A DNA stretch of 64,000 nucleotides from Candidatus Latescibacterota bacterium (GCA_965207885.1 OZ242311.1:1152001-1216000), one strand, 5' to 3'; positions 8,691-18,507 are shown, numbered from the stretch's first letter. A program made the numbers and translations. The notes: generated by a model from the sequence alone, not told the origin.

Positions 8691-9878
8691 GTGATACAGA
8701 CACGAGATCTCATAGCGACTATTGACCGGGAGTGGATGGCTGATCGGACCCTGGAATTGGTCGATATATACAGTGTTACTATGGATGAAGCCGAAGTCTG
8801 CCGCGCATATTGCGATATGATGCGTGGGATTGGGTTGGAAGTCGATGTGCGGGAGGTCACGCCGGGGCGGAATAATCTCTACGCGCGTATAGCAGGACAG
8901 GGGGATGGTCCTTCCCTGATGCTCAATGGGCATCTCGATACGATTCCCGTGGGGGACTGTCCGCCCGCTCGTCGCGAGGGCAATCGCGTGTACGGGCGGG
9001 GGGCAACCGATATGAAGGGGGGGATGGCTGCGGCTTTGGGCGCGGTTAAGGCGCTCATGGAAAGTGGTGTGGAATTGCGGGGCGATTTGTGGCTGACGGC
9101 GGTTGTGGGGCACGAGGAGGTCGAGGCGCAAAAGGACGGACCATGGGCGCTGATTGCCGATCGCAATAGCGGTCGGATTGGTGGCGACCGGATTTTGATT
9201 GTCGAGGGGCGCGACGCGCTGTGGGTGATGAGTATGGGGTCGATGGTTTTTACCATCACGCTCGAATCGGACGCTGGTGGTAAGCACACGCAGTACGTGC
9301 CTTTTTCGGAGAATCCGATCCGCTTTGTGGGCGCGCTTATCGAGCGGATCCATCAGTATCAGCTTGAACTCGACGCTGGGCCGGCACACGCGCTTGCTGG
9401 CGCAGAGCGGATTGATCTGGGTATTGTCAACGGGGGCGACTATTTTAATCGCACGCCTCTGTGTTGCACCTTGACCGGGACCCGGCGCTGGTCCCCGGGG
9501 CGCACTGCGCCACAGGTTTTGGCGGAGTTGGAAGATCTGGCGCGGCCATTTGCCGAAGCCGGGAAGTTGAGACTGCGGGTCGAGATGGAGCACGAGCGCG
9601 AGCCTTTTGATACCCGTGCCGACGATGCGGCAGTGCAAGCGGTTGCCCGGGCGCACACGCAGGTGACGGGCCGGGATGCAGAGTTGGTGGGAATGCGGAT
9701 TGTGGGGGATGCCAATTTATACGTGCATGGGACAGGAATGCCGACTTTTTATTACGGTCCTTCGAATGAGACGGCACACGCAGATGTGGAGTGGGTGGAG
9801 GTAGATCGGCTGGAGCGGGCCGCGCAGGTGTACGCGTTGGCTGCGGTCGATTATTGTGGCATCGCAGGAGAGAGATGA
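8691..9878 (+). CDS. M20 family metallopeptidase/deacylase (ArgE/DapE-like)
   Basis: NGHLDT, GRGATDMKGG, GHEE and AHADVE motifs. Confidence 0.88.
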   Translation: MIQTRDLIATIDREWMADRTLELVDIYSVTMDEAEVCRAYCDMMRGIGLEVDVREVTPGRNNLYARIAGQGDGPSLMLNGHLDTIPVGDCPPARREGNRVYGRGATDMKGGMAAALGAVKALMESGVELRGDLWLTAVVGHEEVEAQKDGPWALIADRNSGRIGGDRILIVEGRDALWVMSMGSMVFTITLESDAGGKHTQYVPFSENPIRFVGALIERIHQYQLELDAGPAHALAGAERIDLGIVNGGDYFNRTPLCCTLTGTRRWSPGRTAPQVLAELEDLARPFAEAGKLRLRVEMEHEREPFDTRADDAAVQAVARAHTQVTGRDAELVGMRIVGDANLYVHGTGMPTFYYGPSNETAHADVEWVEVDRLERAAQVYALAAVDYCGIAGER

Positions 9879-9953
9879 TTGTGTGACGGAGTCTTTCAGT
9901 ACAAAAGACAAAAGGTCTGTGCAATGCGTGTGCAGCCCTTTTGCTTTTTGTGG

Positions 9954-10805
9954 TTACCTGTTGGTGTCTTTTGGGAGGTCGAGGTATTTGACAAAGGCGA
10001 CTTCGTTGCGCGCTTCGTTGTAGATCAACTCGTCTGCGCTGGTTTTGACCATCAACAGGCCAAAGCCGCCCGGGCGCAACCCCTGGTTTTCTCTGACGCT
10101 CATGTGGGCGATGGGATCATCGGGGTTGTTGAGGGCCGCATGTTCGAGTTCATCCATGTCAAAGCCCGATCCGGGATCTGCTATGCGGAACATGAGCATG
10201 CGCTCAAAGCGGAGAAATGCGATTCGAACTTTTTTGCTCGGGTCGAGCTTTCCACCCCATTCAATGGCATTGGCGAGGAGTTCGTAGAATGACATCGCGA
10301 TGGTCTCGCGGAGGTCTTCGGGCAAGTCGGCTTCTAATTGCATTACAAAATTGCGCATTCGTCCCGCTGATTTTTGATCGCAGGGCACCAGAAGTTCAAC
10401 CCAGTTTGGGGTTGCCGATGTCACTTCGATAATTGTCTCCTGGCGACTTGCGCCGAGGCCGTCCTGGACGAGGCGTGTCAATTCCTGTGGATCTATGGGT
10501 TTTGGGATATAGTGGTATGCCTGTTCGCGGATTGCTTTGAGGAGGGTATCTGAGGTGTCATCGGAGGTCATGACGATGACTGGCGGCGGTGAGGGCAGAG
10601 TTTTTACTTTTGACAACAATTCCAAACCGTTGAGTCCGGGCATCCATATATCTGTAAGGAGCAAGTCGAATGAGGTTGTGGCGATTCGGTCATAAGCTTT
10701 TGTTCCATCGGTAACTGTTTCTGTTGTGTACCCGGCGTCTTCGAGTATGGCTTCTACCAGCACTCTGGTTGGGCCGTCGTCTTCAGCGATTAATATTTTG
10801 GACAT
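9954..10805 (-). CDS. Response regulator with a C-terminal RsbW-like (HATPase_c_2) Ser kinase domain
   Basis: Intact REC (AEDD, TDIWMP, KP) followed by ELLANAIEWG, IADPGSGF and GGFGL. Confidence 0.85.
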   Translation of the reverse strand: MSKILIAEDDGPTRVLVEAILEDAGYTTETVTDGTKAYDRIATTSFDLLLTDIWMPGLNGLELLSKVKTLPSPPPVIVMTSDDTSDTLLKAIREQAYHYIPKPIDPQELTRLVQDGLGASRQETIIEVTSATPNWVELLVPCDQKSAGRMRNFVMQLEADLPEDLRETIAMSFYELLANAIEWGGKLDPSKKVRIAFLRFERMLMFRIADPGSGFDMDELEHAALNNPDDPIAHMSVRENQGLRPGGFGLLMVKTSADELIYNEARNEVAFVKYLDLPKDTNR

Positions 10806-10819
10806 GTTCGGTGCTCGGT

Positions 10820-11548
10820 TCAAAAGGAATATGTGAGTTCTTTGAGTGCATTTTGGACGGCAGATAATTCGCGTTCGAGCGTTTGGAAGGTTGCGGGGGC
10901 CTGGTTCAAGTTGTTCGATTTGCCCATTTGCTCAAGTGCGAAGGCTGCCTCGTATGCTGCTTTGGCGTCAAAATTGGCCACGGAACCCTTCAGTGCGTGG
11001 GCTGCCTGACGCAGGTCTTCAGGCGATTGTTGGTCAATGGCACGATGCAATGCGGCAATCTGGTCGGGCAATTCTTCTGTGAAGATATCAACCATTTTTT
11101 TTAGAATTTGCCTTCTTCCGCCTACCCGTGTCATGATACCATCAATGTCAATAGGAGGTGTTTGGGAAGCGGCAGGCACATTCAGATTTTGCAGGACGGC
11201 AACGAGTTGGTCTGCGCGAACAGGGCGGATTAGCGTTGCTGTGGCACCTGCGTTGAGACAGGATTGATCGTATTTTTCGTGTGATACGAGACCAATAATG
11301 GGAATGTCCGATTGTGCCCGCGCAATTTGTTGTTCAATATTTTCACACTCATCTATGTCAATCATTGCGAAATGATAGGATATGGCTTGCTCGGGCAGTT
11401 CGGGAACTGCCACGACCTGATAGCCCTTTTGCTCGAGTAGCGCGTAGAGCAGGTGGCGGTGGATGGGGTTGCGGTCTATAATGAGCGCGTCACAAGAAGT
11501 TGGGAGATGGGCCATCGAATCCGACTCCGGGAATGTATCCGCAGGCAT
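10820..11548 (-). CDS. Degenerate receiver + Hpt domain protein
   Basis: C-terminal LRQAAHALKGS Hpt motif. Start uncertain (11548 or 11515). Confidence 0.8.
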   Translation of the reverse strand: MPADTFPESDSMAHLPTSCDALIIDRNPIHRHLLYALLEQKGYQVVAVPELPEQAISYHFAMIDIDECENIEQQIARAQSDIPIIGLVSHEKYDQSCLNAGATATLIRPVRADQLVAVLQNLNVPAASQTPPIDIDGIMTRVGGRRQILKKMVDIFTEELPDQIAALHRAIDQQSPEDLRQAAHALKGSVANFDAKAAYEAAFALEQMGKSNNLNQAPATFQTLERELSAVQNALKELTYSF

Positions 11549-11777
11549 GTCCCTGTAGGTGTAAGCAGGGATGAACGCAGATAAACGCAGATAAAAACCA
11601 CAACATAATAGGTACAACGAATTGGCTGTTTGTGTCAACCACAATTGTTTGAGGTTGTGGGGGGGCTCGCACTAATAGGGAGAAGTAGATTTTTGATTGA
11701 CTTCTGTTTTTGTGTTTGCAATCTTAATGGCAAATGGTTCTCCACAATCGCTATTCCGGTAGCATCAGGAGGTATTT

Positions 11778-12017
11778 ATGGATCTTAAAGATCTGGACCG
11801 TATCCACAAGGAACAGGCTGAAAGACAAAAGTTCAAAAGCATTCTTCACCGTTTTGAAGAAGGAAACAATTTGAGGAATGGGTTTATTGTCATTGCTATT
11901 GTGATTGTCCTGGTCATTGTGATTTACGGTTTGAAAGAAATGAATTTTCTCTTTGAATCTATTCCGGGCGGTGACCCGGTAGAACAAGTAACACCACGGG
12001 GAACAGAGGGTGAATAG
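11778..12017 (+). CDS. Small single-TM membrane protein
   Basis: Strong AGGAGG RBS and one hydrophobic helix. Confidence 0.65.
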   Translation: MDLKDLDRIHKEQAERQKFKSILHRFEEGNNLRNGFIVIAIVIVLVIVIYGLKEMNFLFESIPGGDPVEQVTPRGTEGE

Positions 12018-12027
12018 GGCTGATTGA

Positions 12028-14922
12028 ATGGGTAAACGCAATACACATACGATTGATTCTACTGGTGGCTTTCAACAGATTCGAGATGCGTTAGACGCAT
12101 TGCAGCGGAGTGAAGAGCGTCTTACACACGCGCTCGAAGCCGGTGGGATTGGTCTGTTTGATTGGAATATACAGAACGATAGCGCCGTGTGTACAGACCG
12201 GTATTTCGAACTTTTTGGTTTTCCTCCACGAGATACGATGGTCTCTGAGGCCGAGTGGTTGGCGTGCGTTTATCCGGAAGATCGAGATCGCGCACAGAAG
12301 GAGGTCAGACAAGCCCTTGAAGGACGCGCTCCTTATGACACGGAATATAGAATCGTGCATTCCAATGGTGAGGTGAGATGGGTCAGCAGCAAAGCCAAAG
12401 TATTTTTTGATGCGGGTGAAGAAGTGCCGATTCGCATGATTGGGGCGGTGGCCGATATTACCGGACAAAAGCGGGCAGAAGGTGCGCTTGGCGACCAGGT
12501 GGCTTTTCAGAATGCGCTCATACAGGTCAGTCACGCCGTGCAGCAGATGACGCGGCCAGAGCATCTCGAGGTGGTTATTCGCGTGTGTAGAGAACAGTTG
12601 CTGGCTCTCGATGTATCCGTTGTCGCGATTGCCGTGCATCGGTTGCTCGATCCCAAAACGCGTACTTTTGAAACGCACGAGGTGATGCCTTCGGGGGAGA
12701 TCAATCGCATGGTGCGCGAGGTGCCGAATGTTTATCGGATGTGGCAACAACAGAGGACAATTTACCGCGAGAATCTCGTAGAAAATATGGGGGGGTTGTC
12801 ACAGGTGGGTTTCAAGGCCATAGCTGCGCGATACGGGGTTGAGGTGCGGTGTATTCTCGATATCCCCCATGTGCGGGGCACAATGGCTTTGATGAGTGAT
12901 GAGGTTTCTGCTTTTTCAGAGGCCGAGGTTTTGTTTTTGGAAAGTATTGCAGAACAGGTCTCGATGGGTATTACCCGTTTAGATGACCTCGAGCGCCTCG
13001 AGGCGCAGAACAAAGAGCTTGAAAATGCCCGTATAGCAGCCGAAGCAGCCAATCAGGCCAAGAGCCAATTTTTGGCCAATATGAGCCATGAGATTCGCAC
13101 GCCGATGAACGGCATTATGGGGATGATTGAGTTGTTGGGCAATACCGAGTTGACTGAGCGACAAAAGGAATACGCCGATCTCGCTTATAATTCGGCAGAT
13201 ACGTTACTGGTGTTGCTCAACGATATTCTCGACCTGTCCAAGGTGGAGGCAGGCAAGCTCGAGTTGGAAAGCATTCCGTTCGCGCTGAGAGATACGCTTG
13301 GCGATACGTTGCAAACGCTGGCTGTTCGGGCGAGTGAGAAGGGGCTTGAGTTGACCTATCGGATTGCGCCAGAGGTTCCCGATGATCTGATAGGGGATCC
13401 CATTCGCCTGAGACAAGTCGTCGTCAATCTGGCGGGCAATGCCATTAAGTTTACAGATCATGGGGGTGTGGATATCGATGTTGACCTGATAGAAATGCGC
13501 GAGGAGGACGCAAAACTGCGATTTGAGGTGCGCGATACAGGTATCGGTATTCCATTGCAGGTACAACAACAGATATTCAGTGCGTTTGATCAGGCCGATA
13601 GTTCAACGACGCGGCAATATGGCGGCACGGGGCTTGGTTTGACTATTTCGGCTCAATTGGTCGAGCTGATGGGTGGAAAACTCGATGTGAAAAGCGAGCC
13701 GAACAAGGGCAGTGTTTTCTTTTTTGAAGCCCGTTTTTCGCGTCGGACCAGCGGTGTGTTGTACCGGGATATTTTGCCCGATACATTGCACGGCATGCCC
13801 GTATTGGTCGTTGACGATAACAATACCAATCGGGTGATTTTTGAAGAGATGTTGTCCTGCCATGGTTTGAAACCCGCTCTGGCCGAGAATGGTCAGATAG
13901 CATTGGAAGAGTTGTTGCGCGCACAACAGGCGGGTAGCCCATATCCACTGGTTCTGCTCGACGCGGAAATGCCCGTTATGAACGGTTACGCGCTTGCCAG
14001 GCAGATTGCCGCTGACGCAACGTTGAAATACACGCGCGTGGTGGTGTTGACTTCTGCTGGTCGTCCGGATATGGCTTCTACCAGCGAAATGCTGGCCGGG
14101 CACCTGTCCAAACCCATCAAGCAATCCGATCTTTTTAATTTGATCGCTGGTATATTTGAGGAATCTGCGCCGGATGCTCTGGGGACGGGCGATATTGTAA
14201 CCGATAAGGCGCGGAGATCTCTGCGCATTTTATTGGCCGAAGACGGTCTGGTCAACCAGCGCGTCGCCATTGATATGTTGCACCAGCGCGGTCACACAGT
14301 CGTTGTGGCAAATAATGGTGTGGAGACTCTGGAAGCACTTGACAAAGACGATACCTTTGATCTGGTGTTGATGGATGTACAAATGCCCGAAATGGATGGG
14401 CTTGAAGCTACCAAAGAAATTCGCGAGCGGGAAAAGGAATCGGGAGGGCATATTCGAATTGTTGCGATGACAGCCGATGTGATGAAGGGCGACCGCGAGC
14501 TTTGCATAGCGGCTGGTATGGATGGGTTTGTCGCCAAGCCGCTCAGGTCTCGCCTTCTTTACGATGCGGTGGAATCGACCGGTCCCACCGTGCAACAGAC
14601 GCTCGATTGGGAGGTATCATTGCAACATGTTGGCGGGGATGAGGCGCTTCTCGTGCGGCTATCCGAGATGTTTCTACAAACGAGGGGCGATTTGATGAGC
14701 CTTCTTGACGACACAGAAACGCTTCGCCAGGGCGCGCGTGAATTGAGAGAAAATGCCGAATTGTTTTACGCGGATAATGTGAGGGAGGTTGCCGCGACAA
14801 TTGAAGAGTTAGCAAAGGATGAAAATTGGTCAGGTGCTGAGCGCTTTGTGGCAGATTTGAGAGCGCATGTGGAATCTCTTGCAGCCGCGCTTGAGATGCA
14901 AGGAGATTTGGTTCACAAATAG
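12028..14922 (+). CDS. Hybrid sensor histidine kinase (PAS, GAF-like, HisKA, HATPase, two REC, degenerate Hpt)
   Basis: FLANMSHEIRTPMNG H-box, N/G boxes (GGTGLGL), two receiver domains. Confidence 0.93.
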   Translation: MGKRNTHTIDSTGGFQQIRDALDALQRSEERLTHALEAGGIGLFDWNIQNDSAVCTDRYFELFGFPPRDTMVSEAEWLACVYPEDRDRAQKEVRQALEGRAPYDTEYRIVHSNGEVRWVSSKAKVFFDAGEEVPIRMIGAVADITGQKRAEGALGDQVAFQNALIQVSHAVQQMTRPEHLEVVIRVCREQLLALDVSVVAIAVHRLLDPKTRTFETHEVMPSGEINRMVREVPNVYRMWQQQRTIYRENLVENMGGLSQVGFKAIAARYGVEVRCILDIPHVRGTMALMSDEVSAFSEAEVLFLESIAEQVSMGITRLDDLERLEAQNKELENARIAAEAANQAKSQFLANMSHEIRTPMNGIMGMIELLGNTELTERQKEYADLAYNSADTLLVLLNDILDLSKVEAGKLELESIPFALRDTLGDTLQTLAVRASEKGLELTYRIAPEVPDDLIGDPIRLRQVVVNLAGNAIKFTDHGGVDIDVDLIEMREEDAKLRFEVRDTGIGIPLQVQQQIFSAFDQADSSTTRQYGGTGLGLTISAQLVELMGGKLDVKSEPNKGSVFFFEARFSRRTSGVLYRDILPDTLHGMPVLVVDDNNTNRVIFEEMLSCHGLKPALAENGQIALEELLRAQQAGSPYPLVLLDAEMPVMNGYALARQIAADATLKYTRVVVLTSAGRPDMASTSEMLAGHLSKPIKQSDLFNLIAGIFEESAPDALGTGDIVTDKARRSLRILLAEDGLVNQRVAIDMLHQRGHTVVVANNGVETLEALDKDDTFDLVLMDVQMPEMDGLEATKEIREREKESGGHIRIVAMTADVMKGDRELCIAAGMDGFVAKPLRSRLLYDAVESTGPTVQQTLDWEVSLQHVGGDEALLVRLSEMFLQTRGDLMSLLDDTETLRQGARELRENAELFYADNVREVAATIEELAKDENWSGAERFVADLRAHVESLAAALEMQGDLVHK

Positions 14923-14935
14923 GAAGGAAAACGAG

Positions 14936-15280
14936 ATGGCTTTTGAAGAAACAATGCAGGGTAATATTCGCATTATAAAGCTCGATGGTCAGGTGACAGA
15001 CCGCGAGATGTCGGAGTTGGCCGATTATGTAACTGAATTTCTCGAAAAGAATAATGGGATGAAAGTGGTTTTGGATTTGGGGCAGGTGCGGTGGTTAAAC
15101 AGCATGGCATTCGGGGTTTTGACCGCGCTTTTGCAGCGTTTGCGCAAGGCCAACGGCGATTTGAAGCTCGCCAATGCCCACGATCATGTGATCAGTGTTT
15201 TTGTGCAGACGCAGTTGATTAAAATTTTCGATCTGCACAGTTCCGTAGATGAGGCTGTTGCAGCATTTCAGACGGCGTGA
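14936..15280 (+). CDS. STAS-domain anti-sigma factor antagonist
   Basis: VVLDLGQVRWLNSMAFGVL with the conserved phospho-Ser; about 114 aa. Confidence 0.88.
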   Translation: MAFEETMQGNIRIIKLDGQVTDREMSELADYVTEFLEKNNGMKVVLDLGQVRWLNSMAFGVLTALLQRLRKANGDLKLANAHDHVISVFVQTQLIKIFDLHSSVDEAVAAFQTA

Positions 15281-15334
15281 ATCTTTTTCTTGCCTGAGAA
15301 TGAAATTGTGGTATTTTTTTAGATAAATAGCAAA

Positions 15335-15411
15335 CGGGGCGTGGCTCAGCCCGGTAGAGCGCCTGCTTCGGGAGCAGGAGGCCGGAGGTTCAAATCCTCT
15401 CGCCCCGACCA
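15335..15411 (+). tRNA. tRNA-Pro(CGG)
   Basis: Cloverleaf: acceptor CGGGGCG/CGCCCCG, anticodon arm CCTGC-TTCGGGA-GCAGG, GGTTCAAATCC T-arm, encoded CCA. Confidence 0.96.
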
Positions 15412-15420
15412 TAAAATAAG

Positions 15421-15455
15421 AAAGCCCGTCAATCGGTGGTGATCGACGGGCTTTT
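15421..15455 (+). terminator. Terminator after the tRNA
   Basis: AAAGCCCGTC...GACGGGCTTTT. Confidence 0.8.
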
Positions 15456-15488
15456 GTTTGTACTCGAGATGCGCAGAGGGATATAAAC

Positions 15489-15703
15489 TGGAGTTACCCC
15501 GTTTTGGTGGAGTATTTAGGGCTTGGGTTCAAGCCTGCGAAGGTACCCGCCGAAACGATGCTGTTGCCGAATTCCGGATTCTGTCCCGCCGCACTAAACA
15601 TAGGGCTTACAGAGCCTGAATTCAGACCACAAACAGCCATTTTTCCAACCACGGACTCTCTCTCGACCAATTCGGCAACAACATCCGAAACGGGTCAAGT
15701 CCA
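15489..15703. mobile_element. Miniature IS3-derived element (about 80 bp once the nested insert is removed)
   Basis: Ends TGGAGTTACCCCGTTTT and AAACGGGTCAAGTCCA match the ends of the IS3 at 41862-43114; no transposase. Confidence 0.8.
15558..15684. mobile_element. Nested 127-bp MITE
   Basis: 16-bp inverted repeats ATGCTGTTGCCGAATT / AATTCGGCAACAACAT (1 mismatch), flanked by direct repeat CCGAAACG (15550-15557 and 15685-15692). Confidence 0.7.
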
Positions 15704-15895
15704 GTTCGACCTCGATCTTTTGTTCGGTACTGTCTTTCGCTTAATGCCTAATTTCTTCATTTTGCTATACAGCGTAGATGGGGGTAACTCTAATAGCTCT
15801 GCGGCCCCACCCGGACCTTTTACCCGCCAGTCTGTAATTTCCAACACGCTAACAATGTAATTACGGATTGCATCTTCAAACGATACAATTTTCAT
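15695..15895 (-). CDS. Stand-alone Fis-type HTH protein (FhlA/HyfR-like C-terminal domain)
   Basis: WRVKGPGGAAELLELPPSTLYSKMKKLGI. Preceded by an 18-codon ORF (ATG 15948, AAGGAG RBS) that overlaps it by ATGA. Confidence 0.65.
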   Translation of the reverse strand: MKIVSFEDAIRNYIVSVLEITDWRVKGPGGAAELLELPPSTLYSKMKKLGIKRKTVPNKRSRSNWT

Positions 15896-15964
15896 CTTTC
15901 TTCCTTTGGCAGCTTAATGTGGGAGCCTCTTATTTGCTGTAATTTCATTTTTAACTCCTTGTAG

Positions 15965-15980
15965 AGCAAAAACCGTGCCA
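15965..15980 (-). promoter_or_regulatory. Sigma-54 (-24/-12) promoter
   Basis: Minus strand TGGCACGGTTTTTGCT matches the TGGCACG-N4-TTGC consensus and sits just upstream of an RBS. Confidence 0.85.
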
Positions 15981-16057
15981 GTTTGTTAAGAAACGAGCTA
16001 ATGCTTTGAAGATGAAGGAGTTAGAGCAGATGAGGGATACTTTGCAGATTTTTGGAA

Positions 16058-16210
16058 TGTTTCATAATGATACACTACAAGCCACATGGAAGCGTATATC
16101 TACTGAATTAGATATACGAGAAACATATGTTTATAGATGATTTATGGGAAAATTAAAGGTGAGAATAGAGGATTTGTTACAATTTGAAACGAGTGATACA
16201 TTTTGAAACA
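16058..16210. promoter_or_regulatory. Candidate enhancer (UAS) sites, TGT-N11-ACA type
   Basis: TGTTTCATAATGATACA (16058-16074), TGTTACAATTTGAAACG (16175-16191) and TGATACATTTTGAAACA (16194-16210). Confidence 0.6.
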
Positions 16211-16427
16211 AATATGACAAATGCAACTTGATCCCTAAAATATTTCATTTTCTTTTGAAGAGAGCATTCTATATTAACCTGTCAGTCCATTACATTTATA
16301 TTCTTGTCTGTAATGGTTATAGCTCTCTGGGATATTACTATAGCCCTGCTTTCCACGACCTGAGTGGACACCACAACGCACTGTAAAAGTGTAAAACAAA
16401 AAATCACTCCAACAGGATGCGAATAGT

Positions 16428-18257
16428 ATGCCCGACGCAAAGATAATGATTGTCGAAGACAATATCTCCGATGCCGCACACCTCGAAGAATGCCTGAAAA
16501 ACCTGGGATACACAGTGTGCGCCGCGGTTTCGTGCGGGCGTCAAGCCATTAAAAAAGCCGCGGACACGCATCCCGATCTTGTCCTGATCAATCTCTGTCT
16601 CGAAGGGGATATCACCGGCCCTGAAGTAGCCGAGCAGATCGGTAGCCAATTCGATGTTCCCGTGTTATATCTGACTGACGAAGCCGAGGGAGATCTGTTG
16701 CAACAGGCTCAGACGACCAACCACTTCGGCTATGTACTGAGACCTTTCGAGGAGCGGCAACTCCATCTGAATATCCAAACCGCCCTTGCGATGCACGAGA
16801 GGGAAAGCAGGCACAAAGAGACAGAGATCAGGTTGAAACAGACAATCAACAAATTGGAAGATGTCACCCACCTCATCCACCTCATGGAAGCGGTATTCAA
16901 CAGCATGAATGAGGGTGTAGTCGCGTTTGATGAAAAAGGGAGGCTCCTGTTTTACAATTCGAGTGCGGGGCGGATCGTCGGGGAGCCTCCGGAGTCAGAA
17001 GAGAAAGATGTCTATAAATGGTTCGAAATATACGGTGTTTATCACCCCGATGAAAAAACGCCTTTCACCGTGGATGAGAGTCCGCTGGGCATTGTCTTGA
17101 AAGGCGAAACAACGGACGAGGTCGAGGTATTCTTACGCAACAAATTTAAGTCGGAAGGCGTTCACATCAGGGTTAGCAGCAGACCCCTGCTGGGAGAAAC
17201 AGGTGTTTTGAAGGGGGCCATACTCGTCTTCCGCGACATTACCAAGGAGATAGAGGCCGAGCAGATGAAGGCCGAGTTGCTGCGCTTGCGCACCGAGTTG
17301 GAGACGACCAGCTTATTTCCCAGCCTGATCGGCACCAGTTCCGTAATGCAGGATATATACAAGCTAATTCAGCAGGCCGCCGAAAGCGATATCACGGTGT
17401 TCATTAGCGGTAAGAGCGGCACAGGTAAGGAATTGGTAGCCAACTCATTGCACGCCAACAGCCCGCGCAAGGATGAGGAGTTCGTAGCCCTCGATTGCGC
17501 CGCCATTCCCGAAACGCTCATCGAAAGCGAATTGTTCGGACATGAACGAGGGGCTTTCACGGGCGCTGCGACGCAGAGAATCGGGGCCTTTGAGCGCGCC
17601 AATAGAGGCACGCTCTTTCTCGATGAAATCGGCGACATGCCATATATTCTGCAAGGCAAGCTATTGCGCGTTTTGCAGGAGCGGGAAATCCGGCGGATCG
17701 GAGGAACAGCCCCCATTCCAATCGACATCCGCGTAATAACGGCGACCAACAAGGACCTGGAACACTTAGTAAGGGTAGGTAAATTCCGCGAAGATCTATT
17801 CTATCGCATCGCGGCCTTCCCCATCACGATTCCACCGCTGAGAGAGCGGCGTGAAGATATTCCCCTACTGGCCAAGCATTTTCTCGGCAAATACGCTACT
17901 CAGGCCAGCAAATCCATAAACGATATTTCCGCCCTTGCCTTGCAACTATTGCTGCAGTACGATTGGCCGGGCAATGTGCGAGAACTGGAGAACGCCATAG
18001 CGCGTGCCGTGCTGTTGGATACGACCGGGGTACTGCAAGCAGATAACCTGCCGCCTCAGATATCGCCGGTCGTTGCTTTGGGAAGAGACTCCTCGACACC
18101 ACAGGCGATCCTGCCACTGACTGAGATCGAACGACAGGCCCTGATCCACGCAATCGAGGCCACGGGCAACAACATTACTCAGGCCGCCCAGGCATTGGGT
18201 ATTAGTCGGGTGACCCTGTACCGGAAGTTAAAGAAATACAACATCGTCAAGGATTGA
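16428..18257 (+). CDS. Sigma-54-dependent enhancer-binding protein (REC-PAS-AAA+-Fis HTH)
   Basis: GKSGTGKE, GAFTGA, LFLDEIG, WPGNVRELEN and a C-terminal HTH. The REC phospho-Asp appears replaced by Asn (DLVLINL). Confidence 0.93.
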   Translation: MPDAKIMIVEDNISDAAHLEECLKNLGYTVCAAVSCGRQAIKKAADTHPDLVLINLCLEGDITGPEVAEQIGSQFDVPVLYLTDEAEGDLLQQAQTTNHFGYVLRPFEERQLHLNIQTALAMHERESRHKETEIRLKQTINKLEDVTHLIHLMEAVFNSMNEGVVAFDEKGRLLFYNSSAGRIVGEPPESEEKDVYKWFEIYGVYHPDEKTPFTVDESPLGIVLKGETTDEVEVFLRNKFKSEGVHIRVSSRPLLGETGVLKGAILVFRDITKEIEAEQMKAELLRLRTELETTSLFPSLIGTSSVMQDIYKLIQQAAESDITVFISGKSGTGKELVANSLHANSPRKDEEFVALDCAAIPETLIESELFGHERGAFTGAATQRIGAFERANRGTLFLDEIGDMPYILQGKLLRVLQEREIRRIGGTAPIPIDIRVITATNKDLEHLVRVGKFREDLFYRIAAFPITIPPLRERREDIPLLAKHFLGKYATQASKSINDISALALQLLLQYDWPGNVRELENAIARAVLLDTTGVLQADNLPPQISPVVALGRDSSTPQAILPLTEIERQALIHAIEATGNNITQAAQALGISRVTLYRKLKKYNIVKD

Positions 18258-18376
18258 ACCGGACAGGCTATCATGGCTGAGCACAGTCGAATTTCATGCT
18301 TTTGCCATCCCAACGACAAGTCGGTCTTTGTCTTCAATGCGCGATATTCCACTATACCTTCTCTGAAATTGTCTCC

Positions 18377-18507
18377 TTATGTCAAGTAACTCGGGGGGAC
18401 TTCAAAGGGATTAGGTAATTGTTCCTCCGATGTTCGCCCGCAGCAAATTGCTCCAAGTACTGAAATATCTATATCTTCCAAAACCCATGAAGCCGCCCGA
18501 ATATGAC
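18377..18507 (-). pseudogene. 3' remnant of a gene truncated at the mini-IS end
   Basis: Open frame HIRAASWVLEDIDISVLGAICCGRT...YLT* begins at the element boundary; weakly resembles a phosphoribosyltransferase C-terminus. Confidence 0.3.

Noticed and set aside
15095-15860. ORFs 15095-15412 and 15504-15860
   Set aside because: They are translations across the tRNA/STAS antisense strand and across the mini-IS and HTH gene.
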